Virus record (IMG/VR): IMGVR_UViG_3300045988_090117
Span: 4,812 to 68,811 of that record
Strand: one strand, 5' to 3'
Length of the DNA: 64,000 nucleotides
Source: a virus
Each line of letters starts with the position of its first letter. The stretch's first letter is position 1. This document shows, piece after piece, positions 1-10,247 of this stretch. The notes under the pieces were generated by a model. That model saw nothing but the letters and a program-made list of their open reading frames with translations, made no database searches and had not been told where the DNA came from. The position numbers were made by a program, and so were the translations under genes.

Positions 1-1727
1 AGTAGTATAAAGTGCGGTATATGGAATGCTCTGTTATCAGTAGCACTTGTTCTTGATAATTCATTTCCATCAATAGAGAAAACTAAGCTGCCATCTGTAT
101 TCCATTCCATAGCAAACTCATGCCAATCACCAGTTGGATAATTATCATACCATACACGTCCGCTTTCTTCTTTTTCGTTGAAGAACGTACCGCAAGTTAG
201 CTTGCCATTATAAAATTCCATTACGTCAAATTCACCACAATATGCCCACCATTCACCTAGTGTATCAGGGCTACCATTTTCTTTATATCCAAATTCAAAA
301 CTATCTCCTAAAGTCCAAAATGCTCCAAAAGAACCATTGTAATTACATGCTCTAACTCTAGCAACTATCTTACCATACATGAAAGCAAAATGACCTTTAG
401 AGATAATTGATGCAGATGTCCAAGAACCATCACTTGCTTTTTTACCTCTTAAAGCTAATATACCATTGTTAACTTCAGCATTTGTATTTGTATATTTTTG
501 AGTTTCATTATTTCTTACATAACCTAATTCATATGACCATTTATTTGAGTCTACACTACTACCTGAGAAATCATCGATTACATAAGCACCAGTAGAATCT
601 AATAATGAACTTGAACTTGAGCCATTTTCCTTCAATGTACCTGTAATAGCAGTACTTGCATCACCAGTAGCACATATTAATATTTTAGTTATATTTGCTG
701 GCACAGTAAACGTATATGATAACTCTTTATTTGACCAATCATCTGTGTTGCCTTCGACAAATGATACATAAGAATTTGATGAATTATAATAACAAACACA
801 TACATAATTAGCTTTATTAAGATTGATAGTATATGATTTACCAGCAGTTACACTTATATAATTTAATGTACTATAATATGCTCCATCTGTGGTATCTGCA
901 ATCACACCATCATTAAGTCTTTTATATTGAGTGAAAATCAATGCGTCTTTATTTACTAAAGTAACAGTAAATACATTACTTGTTTTAGTAGTACCTTTTG
1001 CAGTTGTCACTCTTATAGCCATTTGATAAGTTCCTGCATCACCCTTATTATCGTGTTTAAATCGATATCTTGTACCAGTGGATTCCACTTCGGTTGTTTT
1101 ATCGTAGAATGTATTTCCTCCATCCCATGAAACTTCGTGTTTTGTTACCGCTATATTTGTACTATATTCAATATAAAATTCAGTTTTTTCAGTTTGTGTT
1201 ATGTTTTCAATATTACTAATAGTTAGAGTTTCAGGTGTTACTGGAATTGCCTCAGTTGTAACAGTGATAGTAATGTTGCCAGTAACATTTGGTATATTAA
1301 TATTACTTCCTCTAATAACAGTATTACTTATATCAGTTCCACCCATTACAACACTAATATTTTTTACATTATAGCCTTCATTAGCGGCCACAATAGTTGA
1401 ATAACTAGAACCTTTTTTAATTGATTTAGTTGAGTTACTACTTGTTGCTTGATTTAAAGTGTATGTTATAGTGTAGTATGTATCGGTAGTTCCTCCTCCA
1501 CTCTCAGTATATACACATTTTAACTTACATTTATCATATGTACCATTATCCCAGTTACTAATATTAAAAACTGCACTAGACTTAGTAAAGGAAGTGGCAC
1601 TTATATAAGTACTACCTCCATCTTTACTAAGTAGAATGTCTGAGATATTAGTAACATCGGTTGTAAAATTCACGGTCAAAGTATCGCCGGATGTACTGGG
1701 ATTACTTGTTACAGTTATTGTTGCCAT
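1..1727 (-). CDS. Tail fibre / receptor-binding protein (3' end cut by window edge): Ig-like repeats plus a C-terminal GH16-type glucanase/lectin domain
   Basis: ATG at 1727 with GGAGGTG SD at 1733-1739. The frame stays open to nt 1, so it is absent from the ORF track. My translation of nt ~150-420 gives ..SKGHFAFMYGKIVARVRACNYNGSFGAFWTLG..YCGEFDVMEFYNGK.., which matches the GH16 ExDxxE catalytic pattern. Confidence 0.7.
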   Translation of the reverse strand, partial: MATITVTSNPSTSGDTLTVNFTTDVTNISDILLSKDGGSTYISATSFTKSSAVFNISNWDNGTYDKCKLKCVYTESGGGTTDTYYTITYTLNQATSSNSTKSIKKGSSYSTIVAANEGYNVKNISVVMGGTDISNTVIRGSNINIPNVTGNITITVTTEAIPVTPETLTISNIENITQTEKTEFYIEYSTNIAVTKHEVSWDGGNTFYDKTTEVESTGTRYRFKHDNKGDAGTYQMAIRVTTAKGTTKTSNVFTVTLVNKDALIFTQYKRLNDGVIADTTDGAYYSTLNYISVTAGKSYTINLNKANYVCVCYYNSSNSYVSFVEGNTDDWSNKELSYTFTVPANITKILICATGDASTAITGTLKENGSSSSSLLDSTGAYVIDDFSGSSVDSNKWSYELGYVRNNETQKYTNTNAEVNNGILALRGKKASDGSWTSASIISKGHFAFMYGKIVARVRACNYNGSFGAFWTLGDSFEFGYKENGSPDTLGEWWAYCGEFDVMEFYNGKLTCGTFFNEKEESGRVWYDNYPTGDWHEFAMEWNTDGSLVFSIDGNELSRTSATDNRAFHIPHFIL

Positions 1728-1741
1728 ATAAACACCTCCAT

Positions 1742-4700
1742 TTATTCACAAGTTGTTACTATACACTCTTTACTAAGTATTATAGTATATCCATCTTTAT
1801 TTTGAATTGATTCCTTAACTTCGTTTAACCCATCTATTGTTGCATAGGTATCACTAACAGTCATTTTGAATCCGTCTAAGGATTGTTCTAATTTTGCCTG
1901 TTTACTAGTTACTACTTTTACTTGTTCTGCCACTTGTTCTAGTGTTGGTGTTGTATAAGTAGTTGATGTAGGATTTTGCCATACTAATTTATATCTTAGC
2001 CATAAGTATTTATTTTCTGTTACAGCAGGCATACTCTCAACCCAACTACCTCCAGTTTGTGTTGTGTTACTAGTAGATAAATACCATTGTGGAGTTGAGT
2101 TCGTTAATGATTGTCCCTTATCACCAGGTTTACCATTATCACCTTTAAACTTACTCCATATGTAGTCAGCCTTGTTGTTACTTTCAGTAGCAGTCGTTTT
2201 GTTAGGAGCAATACCAATATACATTGTGCTATCTTTTGGAGTATCGTATAAACCAGTTCCATCAGCATTATCACTATATTTTATCCATGTATAATGAGTG
2301 ACCCCATCTTCACCTTTGATACCTTGTACGCCTTGATCCCCTTTATCTCCTTTTATCAAACTCCATACGTAGTCGGAAGGTTTATCACTTTCAGTTTGTG
2401 TAGTTTTGTTATAAGCAAGTCCAATATAAGTTTTTCCTGTTGGGTCATTACTAATACCTTCACCAGTTACACTATCAGCATATTTTATCCAAGTATAGTA
2501 GGTCTTACCATCTTCACCTTTAATTCCTTGTTCACCTTTAAATTTGCTCCATGTGTAATCAGTCTTGTTGTTGCTCTCAGTAGGTGTTGTTTTATTAACA
2601 CCAATTCCGATATATTTTGTTGTATCTTTTGGAGTATCATATAATCCTGTACCATCGGCATTATCACTGTATTTAATCCAAGTATAGTAAGTAGTACCGT
2701 CAGCACCAGTATCACCTTTTATACCAGTATCACCTTTCTCACCTTTTATTAGACTCCATGTATAATCAGTTTTATTAGTGCTTTCATTTTGTGTTTCTTT
2801 GTTATAGGCAAGACCAATATAAGGTTTACCAGTTGGATCATCGCTAATACCAGTTCCGTCAATACTATCTGCGTATTTTATCCATGTATAATATGTTTTA
2901 CCATCTTTTCCGGGAACACCTTGTAAACCTTGTTCACCTTTATCACCCTTAAACTTACTCCATATATAGTCAGCTTTGTTGGTGCTTTCAGTAGATGTTG
3001 GTTTATTTGGAGCGATCCCAATATACATTGTACTGGCTTTTGGTGTATCATATAGTCCTGTGCCATCTGAATTATCGCTGTATTTTATCCAAGTATAATA
3101 AGTTTTACCATCTTCACCTTTAACCCCCTGTACTCCGGTGTCTCCTTTTTCCCCTTTTATTAAGCTCCATGTGTAATCAGAAGGTGTATTACTTTCGGTA
3201 GATGTTTCTTTGTTGTAAGCAAAACCTATATAAATTTTACCAGTTGGATCATTACTAATTCCACTACCATCTATAGTGTCAGCATATCTAATCCATGTGT
3301 AATAAGTTTTACCGTCTGTTCCTGGTGTTCCTGGAACACCTTGTAGACCTTGGTCACCCTTATCACCTTTTGCTCCTTGCTCACCTTTTATCTTACTCCA
3401 TGTGTACGTAGTAACAGACTCACTATCTTTATTGTTTGTATCAGTATAAACTCCTATATAAGCTCCAGGAGTTTCACCTTTATTGACTGTAAAAGTTTTA
3501 CCTCCATCATCACTATATTTTATGTGTAGATAATAAGTTTTACCGTCTGTACCATTAGTTCCAGGTATACCTTGTTCACCTTGTTGACCTTCAAATCTAC
3601 TCCATGTATAAGCTTTATAATCAGTGCTATCAGTTGGATTATAATCAACATATGTACCTATATAAGTACTTGGAGTTTCACTCATTGGATTACCATTCGC
3701 ATTGGCACTATATTTTATATGAAAATATGTTGTCTTACCGTCTTTACCTGGTGTTCCTGGTGCTCCATCTTTACCAGGTGTACCATCTTTTCCTGGTGTA
3801 CCTGGTGTTCCAGGGATACCTTGCTCACCTTGCTCACCTTGTAAACCTTGTAGTCCTTGTGGACCCTGTTCACCTTGTGGACCTTGTGGCCCTTGAATAC
3901 CTTGCTCACCTTGTGGTCCTTGAATACCTTGTGAGCCTTGTTCACCTTTATCTCCTTTATCTCCCTTAGCACCTTGAATACATACTGGTGTTGAGTATGT
4001 TACACTACCATCACCTTGAGTGTATTTTATTCTTTGCCATATATATTTTCCACTTTCCCATTCAGGAGTAGTTTCTATCCAACTACCTCCAGTTTGAGTA
4101 GTATTACTTGTAGATACATAGTACTGAGATACAGTCTTTGTCAATGTTCCGTTAAAACTAGTTTCTAATTTTCCTATTGCAGTTGTATGTTTATTTACAG
4201 TATCTACAGTGCTATTATATTCATCTTTTAGTTGAGTAACAGTACCATCTGTTTTAGTGATAGTTGTATTACTAATTAATTGACTAATTTGACCTTGTGC
4301 TATACCTATATTAGTTGTATTGGTAGAGACCTGCTCAATAACACTACTTAAATCTCCGCCAATAGTTACATCTTTTATAGTTTCAACTGTCTTTTTAAGC
4401 TGATTGAATGATACATCTAATGTTTGATCAGTATCATTAAATTTTATTTGACTTGCTTTTATAGTATTAGTGTTATTATTGATACTACTGATAACACTAC
4501 TAATATCTAATTTACTACCACTTATATTGGCATTATCTGCTACTTTGCTATCAACTATTAATCCATCTTTTATCGCATCACTTGATTGAATACCATTCTG
4601 ATTAATAAGTTGACCTTTACCAGTTTCATCATATAATACAAAAGTAAAATTACCTTTAGCATCTTTTCCTATTTGAATACGTACATTACCTTTGCTATCT

Positions 4701-5671
4701 TTAAATTGTTGAAGATTACCTTGTAATAACATAGAGCCATCATCACTTTGAATATTTACATTGTTAGTATTAATTGTACCAGTATTGATTTTATTCGCAC
4801 TTACAGTATCTATCATGGCATCTTTTATAAGTGCGTCTGCTATAGTAACTTTACTAGCAGTAAGGTTTAATGATTGTATATTATCCATAGTAAGATGACC
4901 ACCAACTAATGTCTGTATTTCTGCCACTGTAGCTTTTAAGTTTGTTATAGTTGCATTAATGGCATCTAAATCACCGACTTTTAAGTTATCAATTTTAGCA
5001 TTTATAGCTGTAAAGTTATTTGTTGTAAGGTCTTTGAACTCACCATAATCTGCTTTTATCTTTTGTGCCTCTAACTCAACTACTTTTAATTTTGGAACGC
5101 TTTCTCCGTCTAATAATAGATTACCTTCATCATCTATATATAGCCATGGAGCCTTTCCATCTTTTGTAAGTGTTTCTAATAGTTCTTGTAAATTTTGTGG
5201 AATTTTAGTATCTGGGTCAGTTTCTAATACTTTAGTATCAGGGTCACCACATAAATCAGTTATTGTTTGTTTAGCAGTTTCCATATCATTAGTTGCGTCT
5301 TGTAGTTCTGCACTCATTGTTTCAGTCATTTCTTCTGTACTTAATGCCTGCATTAATACACCAACAATTCTATCCACAGCCTCGTTATAATCTTCTCCAG
5401 CCTGTTGAATATCTCCTATCTTAGCGTCCTCACATTCTTCATCTTCGATACCCTCAACTTGTACATCAATTCTATCTTGGTCATCTTCTACAGTGTCAGG
5501 TACTTCATAATACGTATCATCTTCTGTAGTATCGTCAGAAGCAGCTACAGTAGCTACTTCTGATTCCTCTGCAAATTCTTCCATATCCTCATCTAGTGTC
5601 GGCCATACAATCATCTCACCGTCATCATCATATATCGGTCTATCAACGTGTTCTCGTCCATCATCCATCAT
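1742..5671 (-). CDS. Collagen-like repeat tail fibre (1309 aa): acidic N-terminus, coiled-coil region, G-X-Y tract, eight tandem ~66-aa modules
   Basis: ORF track; AGGAGGG SD upstream of the ATG at 5671. It follows the tail lysin gene. Contains [13 protein letters not shown]...GKDGK collagen triplets and repeated [21 protein letters not shown] modules. Confidence 0.8.
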   Translation of the reverse strand: MMDDGREHVDRPIYDDDGEMIVWPTLDEDMEEFAEESEVATVAASDDTTEDDTYYEVPDTVEDDQDRIDVQVEGIEDEECEDAKIGDIQQAGEDYNEAVDRIVGVLMQALSTEEMTETMSAELQDATNDMETAKQTITDLCGDPDTKVLETDPDTKIPQNLQELLETLTKDGKAPWLYIDDEGNLLLDGESVPKLKVVELEAQKIKADYGEFKDLTTNNFTAINAKIDNLKVGDLDAINATITNLKATVAEIQTLVGGHLTMDNIQSLNLTASKVTIADALIKDAMIDTVSANKINTGTINTNNVNIQSDDGSMLLQGNLQQFKDSKGNVRIQIGKDAKGNFTFVLYDETGKGQLINQNGIQSSDAIKDGLIVDSKVADNANISGSKLDISSVISSINNNTNTIKASQIKFNDTDQTLDVSFNQLKKTVETIKDVTIGGDLSSVIEQVSTNTTNIGIAQGQISQLISNTTITKTDGTVTQLKDEYNSTVDTVNKHTTAIGKLETSFNGTLTKTVSQYYVSTSNTTQTGGSWIETTPEWESGKYIWQRIKYTQGDGSVTYSTPVCIQGAKGDKGDKGEQGSQGIQGPQGEQGIQGPQGPQGEQGPQGLQGLQGEQGEQGIPGTPGTPGKDGTPGKDGAPGTPGKDGKTTYFHIKYSANANGNPMSETPSTYIGTYVDYNPTDSTDYKAYTWSRFEGQQGEQGIPGTNGTDGKTYYLHIKYSDDGGKTFTVNKGETPGAYIGVYTDTNNKDSESVTTYTWSKIKGEQGAKGDKGDQGLQGVPGTPGTDGKTYYTWIRYADTIDGSGISNDPTGKIYIGFAYNKETSTESNTPSDYTWSLIKGEKGDTGVQGVKGEDGKTYYTWIKYSDNSDGTGLYDTPKASTMYIGIAPNKPTSTESTNKADYIWSKFKGDKGEQGLQGVPGKDGKTYYTWIKYADSIDGTGISDDPTGKPYIGLAYNKETQNESTNKTDYTWSLIKGEKGDTGIKGDTGADGTTYYTWIKYSDNADGTGLYDTPKDTTKYIGIGVNKTTPTESNNKTDYTWSKFKGEQGIKGEDGKTYYTWIKYADSVTGEGISNDPTGKTYIGLAYNKTTQTESDKPSDYVWSLIKGDKGDQGVQGIKGEDGVTHYTWIKYSDNADGTGLYDTPKDSTMYIGIAPNKTTATESNNKADYIWSKFKGDNGKPGDKGQSLTNSTPQWYLSTSNTTQTGGSWVESMPAVTENKYLWLRYKLVWQNPTSTTYTTPTLEQVAEQVKVVTSKQAKLEQSLDGFKMTVSDTYATIDGLNEVKESIQNKDGYTIILSKECIVTTCE
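2144..3730 (-). repeat. Eight tandem ~60-70-aa fibre modules separated by short G-X-Y linkers; the last six alternate between two subtypes
   Basis: Subtype A is [41 protein letters not shown]. Subtype B is TYYTWI.YAD...G.GIS.DPTGK.YIG.AYNK....ES....DY.WSLIKG. Both are read directly from the ORF translation. Confidence 0.85.
3731..3973 (-). repeat. Uninterrupted collagen-like G-X-Y tract (27 triplets)
   Basis: Translation reads [21 protein letters not shown] ... GTP GKD GKT. The triplet periodicity also generates the spurious + and - shadow ORFs at 3572-3972. Confidence 0.9.
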
Positions 5672-5682
5672 GTAAATCCCTC

Positions 5683-8600
5683 CTATCCTATCATAAATCT
5701 ACCTACAAATAATATATTCCTACTTGCAAGGCTTTTAACTTTTATCTTTCTAAATACACCGTTTGATAATCCATTAGTGCACTCAAGTGCCACATAATCA
5801 CCATCTTTATCTTTTTCTATTACTATGGCAGTATGTGATATCGCCATAAATTCACCATTATTCTTATCGTCAGAATCCATAAATATAATATCTCCAATTG
5901 CTAAATTCTTAAATGTTTCTAAGTCGGCTACATCTACTACCCAGTTTTTCTGTACAAAATATTTTCCTATGTTGGCTTCATTTCTAGTACTTGGAATCGC
6001 CCAGCTAACACTATTATTTCTATTATTATCAGTTTTCTTTTCATTTCCATATGGCGATTTTTCATAAGTCCAACCTGTTAATACGTAGTTAAGAAAACAA
6101 CTATCATCTATTTGATATTTATTATTGACCTTCCATTTACTGATATTTTCGGCTGGGTTTTTAAAGTCACAAGGAGTAGTGGCATTATAACTGAACTTAC
6201 TATTATTATTATAGTAACTATTAGCAATTTTAACTAGATCAGCTGAATATTTAAATAATGGTTGTGCATAATTACTACCTTTTTTCTTAGCTCCGACACT
6301 TCCTAAATATGCCTTGTCACTTATTGTAGTGTCTGGATTATAATACACAGATACAATATAAGTAGTATTTTCCTTTGGTAATAATACTCCATTCTTACAG
6401 TCCACACCTTCTAGGTATACTGTGTTAGGTTGTATTAGCTTGAATCCTTTTGCAGTAGTGAATACAATACGTGCATAGTAACTATCATTGTAATTAGTCG
6501 ATGAAGTTGATGGCACTCTAAATTGTAATTTTGTTAGTGGTTTATTGTAAGTATATACACGTTGACTATCTAACATTTTATTACTTGTAGCACTGTTACT
6601 CTCCCATTCTGCTCCTTCTCCAAAGTATAATATCTTTTCCTTATATTTCTTGTAGTAAGTCTGAGTAGATGCTTCATCCTTCATTCTATACCCGTCTGTA
6701 GTAAGACTACTAAGCCAGTAATATCTATCAGTGGTATCACACATATCCTTTGGTTTTCTTAAGAATATTACGTATTTTGTTTTATTGCAGTAATCCAACA
6801 TCATATTATTAAGTGAGTCTATTGCTTCATTCATTTGTTTGTAGTTGCCTGATTGAGAACTTCTTAAACGAGCTTCCTCACATACAAATATAGGTTTCTT
6901 TGGGTATTTAGTTAATAGTGCTTTTATGAGAGATATATAATCTTCCACAACGTTATCTACATTATCCCCTAGTGCAGGAACTCCAAATGCCAACATTACA
7001 TGACTGACAGTTTTAGGATATGGAGTTTTGTCTGTAACTCCATTTACTGTAATATTAGTAATAAGTTTTCCACCTTCTACAAAGTCTTTAGGAGCTGCAC
7101 TGTTAAGTCCTTTAAATGTAACTTCATAAGTTAGCCCGTCATCATCATCTACAATGTCTTTTGGGGGTGTTGGCTTAGTAGCTGATTGGTTTTTAACTTT
7201 GGCTTCCTTGTCCGCCCTTGCTAAGTCCCAAGGTCTAAGTATTATGCCATGTGTATACCAGTGAGTCATACTACCTCTTGAACTATATGTTATACTCATG
7301 TCTTCATATCTTATAGCTCTAGGCCATTTATAAGGTGCACTAGCATGAGCTATCATACGTTTACCATTTACTTTTCCGCAATATACTACTACGTGATGTG
7401 TGCCACCACTAGCATATTTAGAGGAACCTCCAGACTTTGATGCCCAACTAACGGTTACACTTGATGGAACTGTGGCATTACTTAGCATGATTAAGTCTCC
7501 AGGTAATAGTTCATTAATTGTTGTACTTGTTAGTTTCTTTAATGTATACCCACTGTATTTACAAGCACTTTTAACTAAAGTCCCATATGAACAGTTGGCT
7601 CCACCATATTTAGCAGTTACACTTCTAAGACCTGCATATAAATAAGCACATGAACTAAGAGAAGAACACACATAACAGTATGGATTTTTAATACCATTTA
7701 TAGTTCCACTTACTTTATGTCTTTTGCTATCATCGTAGATACAAGAGCCTGCATAGTAAGTAGCTTTTTTATACTTTTGATGTAAGTCACATATTTCTCT
7801 AGCCTTATTGACTATTTTCTTTCTTACATTTTCTGCAACGCCTTTTTTAGTAGTAGTGTTACCATCTATTTTCCATGTAGGAGCATTTTTAACACTGGCT
7901 GCTCTAGACATATCAGACTCAGTTGATACAGCAGTAGCTTCTGCACTTTTATTTGATGTACCTGGTTTTACTGCCCCATAACCCTTTTTATTACCTTTAC
8001 TATCAATACAGTATGGCAATTGACCGTCTACTACCTTATACCATCTAAGGTAACATTCAATATTAGTAGCAGTTCCGGCGTGTTTATTTTCTACATACCA
8101 TTTTCTACCACCGGCCCATGCAGCAGTACCTTTCTCTAATTCTTTGAAATATAAAGATTGTACTTTTGAACTTTGCACTGTATATCCATATTTATTGACC
8201 CAAGATAAACCATTTTTCATTGCAACGTATCTACATATCAATAAATCACATCCATATAGACCGAAGTTATAACCAACCAAGGCTGCAAATATGTTCCATT
8301 TAAAACGTTTTAATGATTTTCTAAGTTCATTACAACCAAACATTATCTGGTTACATATAGCTTTATCTACTTTTACTCCATTTATTATTTTAGTTCCACA
8401 AGATTTAGGTTTCATATTAGAGTAACTTGGTGTAAAGTATTCAACTTTACCATCTAAATATTCAATCTTTTGTTTTTTATTAAAATAAGCAGCTCTTTCG
8501 CATTGCATAAGACCGTATCCGCCGCCGCTATACTTAGTAGCATCATATGGGTTGGCACTAGACTCGGCATATATCATAGCATAAACTAGTTGTGGGTCAA

Positions 8601-10236
8601 GTCCAAACTTTTTACTATAATATTCAACTGGAGCGTATATTTTCCAATGATTAGATTTACTTCTCATATTTTTTAAATCGCTATATTTATCACTCCATTT
8701 ACCTAGTCCAAATCCTGCATAATAATCTACGGCTGCTTTGTATTGTTTTGCAGTTTTACTACTATCTTCTTTTTTATCAGGTTGTGGTTGAGTAGTAGGT
8801 GTTTTACCTTTTATTTCTCCACATTTGTATTTTATACAGTCATGAATTCTACTATCTCCTATCCATAATCCATTGTCTATTTTCTTTATATTTATTGCTC
8901 TATAATCTTCTGTGTCCTCACTTATTTTACTTGTATCATCTCCAGGTTTTACTGGGTCAGGTACTACTTTATCTGTATATTGCTTAATAAGTTTGTCTAT
9001 TAATTTTTTATCAATACCTAATTGATTTAGATAATTTCTAATAGCAAGTAAATCACTAGCGGTTAATTTACCATGTTTCTTTATAATGTCTACAACATCA
9101 TTAACTATGTCATCTTTATTTAAAGATTTCATTTTGCTACGTATTTCCTTGTAGTTACCTAGTGTTACACTGTTCTTAGTTCTATCTGTAAAACTAATTT
9201 CAAACTTTGTAATACGTGCCTCTAATTGAATTGGTGGGTTGAATTTTCTACTCACAACATAGTTAGTATCACCGACATCAATCTCCTCATAATCTCGTTC
9301 GGTCATATATACTGGTATCTCATAACTGAATTTAGTTTTATTTAATTCTTTTAGTTTTGTATATCCCTCATGAATTAACGTATATATATCTTCTGCATCA
9401 CTTTTATATTTCATTAATACATATTTACCACCATTATTCAGCATTTCATGTGCTTTTTCATCAAATATATAGTTCTGACCAATCGGTTTGTCGGTTGGGT
9501 CGCCTTGTTCTTTTTCCCATTTTACATCACTAATAGTAAGTCCATTTTTACCTACTGGAATAATACCGCTACAAAAATTTGTAATATCTCCAGTACGTTT
9601 CATACCATAACTATTTCTGTCACTCTCAAATCTTTTGTATCTTTTAGTTCCTCTCTCACCATTCGCAAAGCAGTCTACAAAGAAGTTAAATTTACCTCTT
9701 TTTATGTCTACTGGAACTGTTCTAAATTGCCATTCACATTCATATAATATTGAAGTCGCATTCTGTATGACTGAATATACACTAGTAACTTCTGTAGTCT
9801 CTACTCTAAAGGCTTCCTCATCTAATGAAGGACTTACATAACCAACTTTATAGTTAGTATCCATTAGTATAGTTTCCAATAATTTTGTCGCATTTCCGTC
9901 TGCCACAAATTTATCCACATAACTATTATATAATTCAATACCAATAAACTCTGCATAAACTGTAATAGTCACATCATCTATGTGCTCAATACTAGTGGTT
10001 TTCTTAATCTGCATAAGTTTAAAGTTATCTTGCCAATAAAATCCAATATAGTTACCTTCTAAAAATATTGGTTGGTCTTGATAACTTACTTTAAAGGAGG
10101 CAGTATAAGTCTCTGCCCCCGTTATAAGTTCACTAGTATAAGTGTCATCATACACTTTTATGTTATTGGTATTTGTGGTATTTATTAGTTTTAATAGTTT
10201 TTTCGTATTGTCAAATATATATAAGTTTTTAATCAT
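5683..10236 (-). CDS. Tail-associated lysin / tail tip protein (1517 aa) with a lytic transglycosylase domain and two NlpC/P60-like domains
   Basis: SLT-type motif AMIYAESSANPYD..GGGYGLMQ (about nt 8500-8600). NlpC/P60-like Cys/His region CSSLSSCAYLYAG...HHVVVYCG (about nt 7300-7700). A second papain-like region GDIIFMDSD..AISHTAIVIE lies at the C-terminus. The gene follows Dit. Confidence 0.75.
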   Translation of the reverse strand: MIKNLYIFDNTKKLLKLINTTNTNNIKVYDDTYTSELITGAETYTASFKVSYQDQPIFLEGNYIGFYWQDNFKLMQIKKTTSIEHIDDVTITVYAEFIGIELYNSYVDKFVADGNATKLLETILMDTNYKVGYVSPSLDEEAFRVETTEVTSVYSVIQNATSILYECEWQFRTVPVDIKRGKFNFFVDCFANGERGTKRYKRFESDRNSYGMKRTGDITNFCSGIIPVGKNGLTISDVKWEKEQGDPTDKPIGQNYIFDEKAHEMLNNGGKYVLMKYKSDAEDIYTLIHEGYTKLKELNKTKFSYEIPVYMTERDYEEIDVGDTNYVVSRKFNPPIQLEARITKFEISFTDRTKNSVTLGNYKEIRSKMKSLNKDDIVNDVVDIIKKHGKLTASDLLAIRNYLNQLGIDKKLIDKLIKQYTDKVVPDPVKPGDDTSKISEDTEDYRAINIKKIDNGLWIGDSRIHDCIKYKCGEIKGKTPTTQPQPDKKEDSSKTAKQYKAAVDYYAGFGLGKWSDKYSDLKNMRSKSNHWKIYAPVEYYSKKFGLDPQLVYAMIYAESSANPYDATKYSGGGYGLMQCERAAYFNKKQKIEYLDGKVEYFTPSYSNMKPKSCGTKIINGVKVDKAICNQIMFGCNELRKSLKRFKWNIFAALVGYNFGLYGCDLLICRYVAMKNGLSWVNKYGYTVQSSKVQSLYFKELEKGTAAWAGGRKWYVENKHAGTATNIECYLRWYKVVDGQLPYCIDSKGNKKGYGAVKPGTSNKSAEATAVSTESDMSRAASVKNAPTWKIDGNTTTKKGVAENVRKKIVNKAREICDLHQKYKKATYYAGSCIYDDSKRHKVSGTINGIKNPYCYVCSSLSSCAYLYAGLRSVTAKYGGANCSYGTLVKSACKYSGYTLKKLTSTTINELLPGDLIMLSNATVPSSVTVSWASKSGGSSKYASGGTHHVVVYCGKVNGKRMIAHASAPYKWPRAIRYEDMSITYSSRGSMTHWYTHGIILRPWDLARADKEAKVKNQSATKPTPPKDIVDDDDGLTYEVTFKGLNSAAPKDFVEGGKLITNITVNGVTDKTPYPKTVSHVMLAFGVPALGDNVDNVVEDYISLIKALLTKYPKKPIFVCEEARLRSSQSGNYKQMNEAIDSLNNMMLDYCNKTKYVIFLRKPKDMCDTTDRYYWLSSLTTDGYRMKDEASTQTYYKKYKEKILYFGEGAEWESNSATSNKMLDSQRVYTYNKPLTKLQFRVPSTSSTNYNDSYYARIVFTTAKGFKLIQPNTVYLEGVDCKNGVLLPKENTTYIVSVYYNPDTTISDKAYLGSVGAKKKGSNYAQPLFKYSADLVKIANSYYNNNSKFSYNATTPCDFKNPAENISKWKVNNKYQIDDSCFLNYVLTGWTYEKSPYGNEKKTDNNRNNSVSWAIPSTRNEANIGKYFVQKNWVVDVADLETFKNLAIGDIIFMDSDDKNNGEFMAISHTAIVIEKDKDGDYVALECTNGLSNGVFRKIKVKSLASRNILFVGRFMIG

Positions 10237-10247
10237 TTAAATACCTC

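Noticed and set aside
2294-3972. Plus- and minus-strand ORFs inside the fibre gene (2294..2644, 2485..2715, 2878..3066, 3572..3844, 3604..3969, 3715..3972)
   Set aside because: They lie within the collagen/tandem-repeat region of 1742..5671. The repetitive, stop-poor codon periodicity keeps alternative frames open. Their translations are low-complexity (L/V/H/Y or K/V/H runs) and they have no SDs.
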